NCBI GenBank assembly: GCA_937859835.1
Contig: CALMAN010000093.1
Span: 1,631 to 65,630, forward strand
Source: an uncultured Acidipila sp.
GTDB lineage: Bacteria; Acidobacteriota; Terriglobia; Terriglobales; Acidobacteriaceae
Length of the DNA: 64,000 bases
Reading direction: 5' to 3'
Under the pieces are notes generated by a model. That model saw nothing but the letters and a program-made list of their open reading frames with translations, ran no database searches and had not been told where the DNA came from. Positions 10,401-17,559 of this stretch are shown one piece after another (the first letter of the stretch is position 1; each line of letters starts with the position of its first letter). A program made the position numbers and the translations under genes.

Positions 10401-10728
10401 TTGAGCTTCGATTGATGACGACCTCGAGATTCTTAGCTTGTTCTGCCTTGAAGCCTGCGCTTTCAACGTCCACGGTGTAGAGGCCCGGCGTCAAGCTGCT
10501 CATGAGGAAGTGACCGCTGGCGTCGGTAACAGTAACGCGGGTGCCTTCTCCGCCTGTGATCGTTACCTTTGCGCCGGGGACCACGGCGCCGCTCGGGTCG
10601 GTAATCTGCCCCGCGAGCGCGCCTTTCGTACTGGACTGCTCCTGGGCGCTGAGGGTGCGGGGAACAACGGCGCTCGTAAGCTGGGAGAAGGCGAGCACCA
10701 GGCAGGTCTGCTGCAAGACTCGTTTCAT
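7459..10728 (-). CDS. TonB-dependent receptor with N-terminal carboxypeptidase-regulatory-like domain
   Basis: Signal peptide, then GALAGQITDPSGAVVPGAKVTITG...TDASGHFLMSSLTPGLYTVDVESAGFK (CarboxypepD_reg pattern). Long beta-barrel-like Gly/Tyr/Asn-rich body with a C-terminal ...VRFEF aromatic terminus. Confidence 0.9.
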   Translation of the reverse strand: MKRVLQQTCLVLAFSQLTSAVVPRTLSAQEQSSTKGALAGQITDPSGAVVPGAKVTITGGEGTRVTVTDASGHFLMSSLTPGLYTVDVESAGFKAEQAKNLEVVINRSSNVALTLQPGAVAETVQVDATTTEIDTGSTAIGSNLTDQFYNAVPVARNVGSLFATSPGVVNSGGAGTSNPSIGGASGLENQYYADGVSVGDAGYGGLGVYSPTYGSLGTGINLTFIQEVQVKTAAFEPKYGAADGGVVQIVTKSGGTTYHGALSSYFAPEIMSGAQRYADNYFNRVNTHGRVFSQPQYDGAVEIGGYVPGKYTHDKLFFYGAYNPALNQYNWISPASTDPSAPTLSVNGPYSNNTTVNSWAAKVSFRASDALIVDASAFGDPSRTNAGYGYVNQDTFPYYPNLYLTNDTNFSRLNYGSRSESLHITGTPSSTWDFNIAASAKKSHFTEVGLQNVYQIADYTDFIQPAEYNAQGLGFTQNPNSRDYSFNADTEKTISFLGQHHTLSVGYSFLHSIYDLDKAYSGADFTFPTANAAGLAIPAPLAGSTTGASFNLEPADPSCPPQYCPYLPGTRNQVYLDQVRGIFSNPVVPSSMSYNVVWGNDQWAIGNRITIDAGLRWDQERLSGVQQSYVFNDNWSPRLGVNIDPLGDRKQKIFFNWGRYTQLLTEDAAIRSLGQEEDIGGANWTPQADANNNVVLNANGTVNPILDSAHLISGVPAAGAEGSAVSFSGSSFPELIQPRTKLDYEEEYVGGLEKQYAGFVFSARYSDRRLLRIIEDQSGASPEGNLSGYAPQDFLIGNPSATSDYFTNEVEVPYTFNAALPNDGAPANCPQNYNVAYGNKPFLNSAGQIAGQGGVCGFSGPNVGVPVPDGKVDGEPNARRHYQAVELEANKNFSHNFLLRVNYRWAKLFGNYEGLYRNDNGQSDPSISSLFDFTQGVLGMLGSQYTPGYLNTDRRQVGNIYGSYVVPEGFGKRLTAGLGLRASSGQPISNFGAHPVYQNAGEIPLGGRGSEGRNASNYQLDLHTDYPVKLGEKYNLKLAFDAFNITDSRSLTAVDQDSALSYGDPNVDFLKPLAFQRATYGRGSVRFEF

Positions 10729-11047
10729 TCGGGTAGGCTCCTTTTCGCTTCAGAAGTGTGCGACAGGCGGCTCAGCAGGGGAACAGAGCACTTACGATGC
10801 GGCGTTGCTCGCTAACGAGCCCGCTATGTGCACTTCTAGGGCCAAAGTGTCGAGGGCTCGAAGTACAGCACCGGAGACGCGAAGCGCGTGTCGCTCCTGT
10901 AAGGCATGGCCATCGTGCGCTCCGCAATCTTGCAGCAGGCTATAGAAAGCTGTAGATTCGGCCTGAGCTTATCGTGAAACCAAGCGAGTCGCCGCAACAC
11001 AGCGGCTGGCCATTGCTTGTCGATGAGGGCCAATCCGGAACGGAGCA

Positions 11048-12709
11048 GTGGTGAAGATGGCGACGCGTCGAATGTCCGCTTTGCAGCAGATCCTGTTATG
11101 TTCGCTCCTGCTCTTCTGCCACCTTCCTTGCTGGGCTGCACGCGAGTCCGCGCTTCCTCCTCGGGACGCCCACTGGTTACATGAGGAAGTGAACTACCTG
11201 ATTACCAACGACGAGCGTGACACCTTCCTGCACCTGAAGACCGAAGAGGATCGCGCAAAGTTCATCGACCAGTTCTGGGAAGCAAGAAATCCGGACCCGC
11301 ATGCGCCTACCAACACCGCCAGGGAGGCATACTATCAGCGCCTCGAGTATGCGAACGCGCATTTCAGCGCCGGCAACGTGCAGGATGGCTGGCGTAGCGA
11401 TCGTGGCATGGTGTACATCACTCTTGGAGCTCCGCAGCAGATACAGCGGTACTTAGAAACGCCGGAACTTAAGCCGATACAGATCTGGTTTTACGAGAAC
11501 CTCAGCGGCGCCTTGCCGGTTCACTTCTATCTGCTTTTCTACAAGCAAAGCTCGGTTGAAGACTGGATGCTCTACTCACCCTATGGGGATCGCCCGCAGA
11601 AACTAATCAATTCAACAAACGCGATCAACGATGACAAGACCGCAATCAAGTTGATCCAACGGGATATCAACGATGAGGCTGCGCATGTTGCGCTTTCCCT
11701 GATCCCGGGTGAACCGGTCGATCTGACGAACCCGGCGTCCTCGCTTCAGTCCGACGTACTGCTCAACGACATTCGCAATTACAGAAATCTGCCAACGGTA
11801 CGAGAAGCGGTAGCAGCAAAGCGCGCTGCCACGGATGTTGTGACACACCGCGTGTTGCTGGGCGAGCAGTTCAGTGATCTGGCAGTTATCGCGACGCGCG
11901 ACCCGGGCAGGCAGGCCAGCATTCACTATCTACTGCGGCTCATGCACCCGAATGACCTTTCGCTAGCAGAACAGCCAGCGGGACGGTACTACTACTCGCT
12001 ACAGCTCGAAGCGAAACTTACAACAACGGATGGGCAGGTTATCTCAGACAAGACGGACTCGCTGTCGGATTACCTTTCAAAAGCAGCACTCGCGAAGGTA
12101 GAAGGCAGATGCTTTGGTGTGGAAGGGCGAATCAGCGCAGCTCCGGGCAGATACCAACTGAGCCTCACACTCACCAACCTGTTGACGAAGGTGGCCTTTC
12201 ATCAAACACGCGCGGTCGTCGTGCCGGACACTGGAGACTCGTTCGGGATCAGCCAGCTCTTCTTTGCAAACTCCCTGCCTCCTGAACAAAGCAGCGCAGG
12301 GCAGGATCCATTCAGCTTTTCTCGTGTCCGTTTGCGGCCCATCGGCTCTGACAACGCTTCAATTACGCAAGGAGATCCGCTACGACTGATCTTTCAAATC
12401 TGGACTGCCCCAGGATCGCCGGCTGCCCTGCATGGCAAGGAGATCAAGATCCACTACCTGGTTGGCAAGCTTGATTCGCCGACCCGCGTTGAGGAAGATC
12501 AGACAGTGGATCGGGGAGATTTTACACCAGATGGCAATCTGCTGATGGGTAAAGACATCCGCACAGACACCCTTACGCCCGGATTCTACCGGCTCGTCGT
12601 CAAGGTGACGGACCCGCAATCTTCGGCAACGGTCTACCAGGCACTGAACTTCGCAGTGCGGGATGCATCCCAGCCCGTCGCATCCTTGTGGACGCTCGAC
12701 GTCCCGTAG
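11048..12709 (+). CDS. GWxTD domain-containing secreted protein
   Basis: Signal peptide, then the hallmark DGWRSDRGMVYITLGAPQQIQ (GWxTD motif) preceded by FWEARNPDP. The start may be GTG 11048 or ATG 11057. Confidence 0.85.
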   Translation: MVKMATRRMSALQQILLCSLLLFCHLPCWAARESALPPRDAHWLHEEVNYLITNDERDTFLHLKTEEDRAKFIDQFWEARNPDPHAPTNTAREAYYQRLEYANAHFSAGNVQDGWRSDRGMVYITLGAPQQIQRYLETPELKPIQIWFYENLSGALPVHFYLLFYKQSSVEDWMLYSPYGDRPQKLINSTNAINDDKTAIKLIQRDINDEAAHVALSLIPGEPVDLTNPASSLQSDVLLNDIRNYRNLPTVREAVAAKRAATDVVTHRVLLGEQFSDLAVIATRDPGRQASIHYLLRLMHPNDLSLAEQPAGRYYYSLQLEAKLTTTDGQVISDKTDSLSDYLSKAALAKVEGRCFGVEGRISAAPGRYQLSLTLTNLLTKVAFHQTRAVVVPDTGDSFGISQLFFANSLPPEQSSAGQDPFSFSRVRLRPIGSDNASITQGDPLRLIFQIWTAPGSPAALHGKEIKIHYLVGKLDSPTRVEEDQTVDRGDFTPDGNLLMGKDIRTDTLTPGFYRLVVKVTDPQSSATVYQALNFAVRDASQPVASLWTLDVP

Positions 12710-13019
12710 CTGCAGCCTCAGCCTCCGCCACTGAGAAGATGCGGCTGTGAGACAGAAGCAGTGCGCACCTTCTGCCGAGAAGGCATGGCTACCCATCAAT
12801 GAAGAGAGAAAAAAGAGGAATCCAATTGGGAGGTCTAATCCGTTTTGTGAATTCATGTGTACTTTTCTCTCGTTCTTCACTTAGCAGATTTATCTAAGAT
12901 ATTCATGGCGGATCGCGAACTTCGGGACTAGGATGGGCCCGTACAAACTTAGCTTGGCAAGCCTTCCCCAGCCTGTTCGCCTCGTTTGTGCGCGACAGTA
13001 GTACCCACCGGAGAACGCC

Positions 13020-14657
13020 ATGTTGAAGCGCACTGCCTCGCTCGCGCTTGCGATGAGCCTGATGCTTTGGACTCCTTTCCAGTCCTTTGCTTCCAGTCAT
13101 CGTGAAGCACCTATCACCGCGCTCGATCACCCAGCCGACATCACGGATTTTTATTCCTTCGTCAGCTATGACCATCCCGATCGCGTGACCTTTGTCATGA
13201 ACGTCGACCCGTTTCTCGAACCGAGCAACGGCCCCAACTACTTTCCTTTCGACCCCAACGTGCTGTATGAAATCAAGGTCGATAACACCTACACGGCGAC
13301 CGCAGGGGTTACGTTTCAAATTCGCTTTAATACCGAGTACCGCGATCCCACTCTGTTTACCTCTGCTGCCGGTGCAGGGTCTGGTCTCAACGCACAGCCA
13401 AATTCACCGGCTCCGGTCGCGCCCGGTACCCCAGTCGTTCCACCAGCGATCACTGCTCTCGATGGTGCGGGGGCGGCCGGGCTGGCCGTACGCCAGAACT
13501 ACACAATCACCATGATCAAAAACGGCGTGTCGACGCAGCTGACCAATGCGAGCGGCAGCGCCCTTTACGCGGTGCCGAGCAACGTCGGCCCGCGCACCAT
13601 GCCCAACTACGACGCGCTGGCGGCGCAGGGGATCTATACCCTGGCGGGCGGCGGCGACAGCTCCGGGGATATGCGGGTCTTCGCGGGCACCGTTGCCGAT
13701 CCGTTCTTTATTGATCTCGGTGCGGCCTTCGACAGCTTCAACTTCCGCGTCAACTCGGGCTCGGGCGTCCCGGGCGTGCTGAGCGCTTCGCAGGACGCAG
13801 CCGACCAGGTCAACATAGCGCCGAACTCGTTGTCCGGCTTCAACGTCAATACCATCGCGATAGAAGTGCCGATCAAGATGCTCACCAGCGACGGCAAGCA
13901 GCATGCCGCCACGGATCCCAAGGCGACCATCGGCTCGTGGGCAACCACCTCGCGCCCGCAGATCACTGTCCGCAACGCGCCCAACAACGCGACCATGACC
14001 AGCTCCTTCTCGCAGGTACAGCGGCTTGCTAACCCCTTGATCAACGAACTGCTGATCGGCACCGGGTATAAGGACTACTGGAGCATGAGCCAGCCCAAGG
14101 ACGACGCGCAGTTCGCGCCGTTTGCTGTGGACCCGACCGTGCCGCGTATCTTCAACGCGATTTACGGCATCAACATACCGCCGCCGCCTCGCACCGATTT
14201 GGCCATCATCTATACCTATGCCGCACCCATTGCAGCGCCGGGCACGCCGGCCGGCCCACCAGCCGACCTGCTGCGCCTCAATACCGGCGTGCCGCCGACT
14301 CCGCTCAGCCAGCGCAAGCGCCTGGGTGTTCTGGCCGGCGACCTGGCCGGCTACCCCGACGGCCGCCGTCTTACCGATGATGTGACCGACATCGTCGCTC
14401 GCGTGGTTGGGGGCGGTGTGCTGATCCCCAAGTACAACGTCTTTCCAAACAACGCGATCGGTGACGGCGTCAACGCTCCCGATGTAGCCACGCAGGAAAC
14501 CTTCCCCTACGTGCACTACTCCTACAGCGGCCGCGACAGCCGCCATGCCGATCCTTCAGAAACGGGCTGTGGCACCCAGCCAACCGCCGCAAGCTCGACC
14601 GCGACGGCAACCCCACCGGCAGACCAGGGTGGCCCCGCTCTTTGCCCGGTCATGTAG
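13020..14657 (+). CDS. DUF4331 family secreted protein
   Basis: Signal peptide ending FQSFA, followed by SSHREAPITALDHPADITDFYSFVS, the conserved N-terminal signature I associate with DUF4331. Confidence 0.8.
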   Translation: MLKRTASLALAMSLMLWTPFQSFASSHREAPITALDHPADITDFYSFVSYDHPDRVTFVMNVDPFLEPSNGPNYFPFDPNVLYEIKVDNTYTATAGVTFQIRFNTEYRDPTLFTSAAGAGSGLNAQPNSPAPVAPGTPVVPPAITALDGAGAAGLAVRQNYTITMIKNGVSTQLTNASGSALYAVPSNVGPRTMPNYDALAAQGIYTLAGGGDSSGDMRVFAGTVADPFFIDLGAAFDSFNFRVNSGSGVPGVLSASQDAADQVNIAPNSLSGFNVNTIAIEVPIKMLTSDGKQHAATDPKATIGSWATTSRPQITVRNAPNNATMTSSFSQVQRLANPLINELLIGTGYKDYWSMSQPKDDAQFAPFAVDPTVPRIFNAIYGINIPPPPRTDLAIIYTYAAPIAAPGTPAGPPADLLRLNTGVPPTPLSQRKRLGVLAGDLAGYPDGRRLTDDVTDIVARVVGGGVLIPKYNVFPNNAIGDGVNAPDVATQETFPYVHYSYSGRDSRHADPSETGCGTQPTAASSTATATPPADQGGPALCPVM

Positions 14658-14684
14658 CCGCACTCTGATCCTCTCGCCCATCTA

Positions 14685-14727
14685 GGAGATCTTCGCTGGT
14701 GGCGAACCTGCTGTCGCGAAGATCTCC
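14685..14727 (+). other. Intercistronic 12-bp stem-loop between DUF4331 and TPR genes
   Basis: GGAGATCTTCGC (14685-14696) and GCGAAGATCTCC (14716-14727) are perfect reverse complements separated by a 19-nt loop. No U-tract follows. Confidence 0.5.
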
Positions 14728-14790
14728 CGGGTGGAGGGGCGTCGATCTGTCGTACTTTGCTCCCCACACCAGCAAACACAGGATGTCTGC

Positions 14791-17559
14791 ATGATCAGAC
14801 TTTCACTTCTGGCTCTTCTTCTGGGCGCGAGCGGCACTGCCCGAGCCTGGCAGGACTCTGTCCCTGCCGCTCCGGTGAGGGCTGCGCACACGGAAAGCAC
14901 GGCGCCGAGCCCAGCCGAGCAGCGTATTGCGAACGCCCGGCGGCAGATTGCAGCTGATCCCAAGCGCACGCAGCCCTACGAGGATCTTGCCCTGGCCTCG
15001 ATCCGGCGTGTGCGTGAAACCAGCAACCCCGCTTTCTACGCCGATGCCGACGCCGCCCTGAAGACCGGTCTGCGCCTGGCGCCGGGAGATTTTGAGTTGC
15101 AAAAGACAGGGGTCGCGCTTCTGCTGGGCGAAGGTCAATTTGCTGCAGCACTCGCGAAAGCGCGCATCCTGAATAAGCAGGTTCCCGACGATGTAACCGT
15201 GTATGGCTACGTGGCGGAGGCTGCAATCGTCCTGGGCAAGTATTCCGAAGCCGAAGCTGCCACGCAGTGGATGCTCAACCTGCGCGCGAACAACACACCC
15301 GCACTTCTACTCGCAGCCGAGCTCCGGGTCGTCTGGGGCGACACCGCCGGCGCGCTTCCCTTGCTGAACCAGGCGTTTGGCCAGACGCCGCAGATCGAGT
15401 CGGAAGAGCTCGCCTGGATCGCGAACCGGATCGCATCGGCTGCGCTCGGCACAGGGCAACTGGATGCGGCAAGCAGCGCTCTGGCACGAGCCGAGCAGTT
15501 GTTCCCCGGATCCCCTGTGACTCTCGCGAACCTTGCTCGACTGCACCTCGCGGAAGGGCGGCCAGCCGAGGCCATCGCTTTGCTGGAGCACCGGCTCACG
15601 GTCGAGCAGGCGCAGGGCATTCCGTCGGCTGACACGCTGTACCTGCTGGCCCTTGCCAAGCACCAGGCCGGCAGCCCAGATGCCCCCACCACTTTTAGCC
15701 GCTTTCAGGCCAGTGCGGAAGAGGCAGCGCAGGCGCCTTCAAGCGACGCAAGCGACAGCACTACCCACCTGATCCTGTACGACGCTGGACTGCCTGGCAT
15801 GCCGGCCGCGAACCCATCTGCTGCGCTCTCCCTGGCCGAGCACGCCAGTGCCAACCGGCAAGATGTGAATACGCTTGACGCCTACGCGTGGGCGCTTTAT
15901 GCGAACGGGCGCTATGCAGAAGCGCAGACCGAGATAGGCAAAGCCCTCGCTGTCGGCATACGCGAGCCGCGTATCTTTGAGCACGCAGGCGCGATTGCGA
16001 GCAGGCTCAACCAACCCTTGCAAGCAGCGCAAGACTTTGCACTGGCTGTGCAGGCAAACGCCACTTCGCCCTACGCTGCGGAGGCGCGCCGGTTCCTCGG
16101 CGCCAGTGAACCGATGCCGGTGGTGCAGCCGGCCCCGGCCTCGACTGCAACATCGCAAATGGCGTCGCTTCCGACTCTGGCACCCGCACAAAATCTTGCG
16201 CCAAGCGCAACGATTCCTCTCGAAGAGGTTGTGGATACGGGCGGCGTCCCCGCTGCGCTGCTTGTTCCACGGCCAACCGGCACCGCGCGTGCAATCAAGA
16301 AAATGCAAGCCCTGGTCGCAGCCAATCCCAATGATGCAAAAGCCTATGCGGGCCTGGGTGCAGGCTTCTTTCAGCGCGCCCGCGAGACCGGCGACGTGGA
16401 AGATTTCGAGCTTGCCGAGCAGGCGTTGACAAGGTCTTTGGACCTGGTAAGCGAAGATCTTACGGCCGCTCCCGCGCTCGAAACCATGGCCGAGGTGTGC
16501 ATGGGCGAGCATCGATTCAGCGATGCCCTGACCTTTGCGCAGAAGGCGCTCGCGCTCGGTTCGGGCGACCTGTCGCCTTTCGCGATCGTCGGCGACGCCT
16601 ACGCGGACATGGGCGATTATGCCAAAGCGGCCGCGGCGTACGCTCGCCTGCAGCCCGTCAGCAGTGGTGCGCCGCCCGGGGCACGGGACGTGTATGCGCA
16701 GCAAACCCGTTCCGCCTACCTCAAATTCATCTCCGGCGACACCCAGGCTGCGGTCGCCGAGATGAAGGCTGCGATCGGCGAGGGCGTGCAGGCGCATCTG
16801 TCGAGCGAAAACCTGGCCTGGCTCTACTACGAACTCGGCGACTTCTCCTACCAAGCTGGTGAGATACAGCCTGCGGCCAATGCTTACCTGACTGCGCTTA
16901 CCGTCGATCCCGGCAACTACCGCGCGCTTGCAGGGCTCGGCAAGGTCCGTGCAAGCCAGCAGCAATACAAGGACGCGATCGCGCTTTATCAGGCTGCAAT
17001 CGCGGTGGTTCCGTATCCGCTCTTTGTCGCGGAGCTCCATGACTTGTATGCGGCGACCGGCGATAGCGCGGACGCCGAGAAGCAAACCAAACTGATCGAG
17101 TACATCGGCCTGCTTGGTCACATCAACCAGGTACTGCATAACCGCGATCTGGCGCTTTTCTATGCCGATCACGACGTCCACGTCGCCGAATCACTGAACC
17201 TGGCCCGCCGGGAGTTCGAGGTGCGCAGTGATATCTACACGTGGGACGCGCTGGCGTGGGCGCTGTACAAAAACGGCAAGTACGTTGAAGCAGAGGAAGC
17301 GATGTCGCACGCCCTGAGCTTTAGCACGAAGGATGCGATGCTCCTCTTCCATGCGGGTATGGTTTCGGCAAAGCTGGGGCAGGCAGACGCGGCAGCCAGG
17401 CAGCTTGAGGAGGCAATGGCACTCAACCCGCGTTTCCAGGTACTTGACGCAGCCATTGCCGCAAAGGAGCTTGAGGACTTACATGCTACGCATAAGTCAG
17501 CCGTGCTTGCAGCGACCGCAGGCGTAGCAGGCACCGGGAAGGTCCGCGATGCGCAGTAG
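14791..17559 (+). CDS. Large secreted tetratricopeptide-repeat protein
   Basis: ATG at 14791 gives signal peptide MIRLSLLALLLGASGTARA. The remainder is Ala/Leu-rich with repeated TPR-like units (e.g. AWALYANGRYAEAQTEIGKALAV, LGKVRASQQQYKDAIALYQAAIAV). The tracked ORF extends to 14731, but that extension lacks a signal peptide. Confidence 0.8.
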   Translation: MIRLSLLALLLGASGTARAWQDSVPAAPVRAAHTESTAPSPAEQRIANARRQIAADPKRTQPYEDLALASIRRVRETSNPAFYADADAALKTGLRLAPGDFELQKTGVALLLGEGQFAAALAKARILNKQVPDDVTVYGYVAEAAIVLGKYSEAEAATQWMLNLRANNTPALLLAAELRVVWGDTAGALPLLNQAFGQTPQIESEELAWIANRIASAALGTGQLDAASSALARAEQLFPGSPVTLANLARLHLAEGRPAEAIALLEHRLTVEQAQGIPSADTLYLLALAKHQAGSPDAPTTFSRFQASAEEAAQAPSSDASDSTTHLILYDAGLPGMPAANPSAALSLAEHASANRQDVNTLDAYAWALYANGRYAEAQTEIGKALAVGIREPRIFEHAGAIASRLNQPLQAAQDFALAVQANATSPYAAEARRFLGASEPMPVVQPAPASTATSQMASLPTLAPAQNLAPSATIPLEEVVDTGGVPAALLVPRPTGTARAIKKMQALVAANPNDAKAYAGLGAGFFQRARETGDVEDFELAEQALTRSLDLVSEDLTAAPALETMAEVCMGEHRFSDALTFAQKALALGSGDLSPFAIVGDAYADMGDYAKAAAAYARLQPVSSGAPPGARDVYAQQTRSAYLKFISGDTQAAVAEMKAAIGEGVQAHLSSENLAWLYYELGDFSYQAGEIQPAANAYLTALTVDPGNYRALAGLGKVRASQQQYKDAIALYQAAIAVVPYPLFVAELHDLYAATGDSADAEKQTKLIEYIGLLGHINQVLHNRDLALFYADHDVHVAESLNLARREFEVRSDIYTWDALAWALYKNGKYVEAEEAMSHALSFSTKDAMLLFHAGMVSAKLGQADAAARQLEEAMALNPRFQVLDAAIAAKELEDLHATHKSAVLAATAGVAGTGKVRDAQ

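Noticed and set aside
10729-11047. Cobalamin or other riboswitch upstream of the TonB-dependent receptors (also checked in 33402-33695 and 47057-47456).
   Set aside because: I could not find a B12-box-like element or any other conserved riboswitch core by eye. This needs Infernal to exclude formally.
10836-11141. 101-aa minus-strand ORF in the TBDR/GWxTD divergent region.
   Set aside because: It overlaps the GWxTD start, has no RBS or motif, and its composition is not protein-like. More likely this is promoter DNA; a TTGCAG-17-TAGATT candidate sits at 10930-10958.
12768-12783. Small hairpins after stop codons (CCTTCT-gccg-AGAAGG at 12768-12783; CGGGGAG...CTCCCCG at 51158-51187).
   Set aside because: Short stems without U-tracts. 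I could not distinguish them from background secondary structure in GC-rich DNA, so I did not annotate them as terminators.
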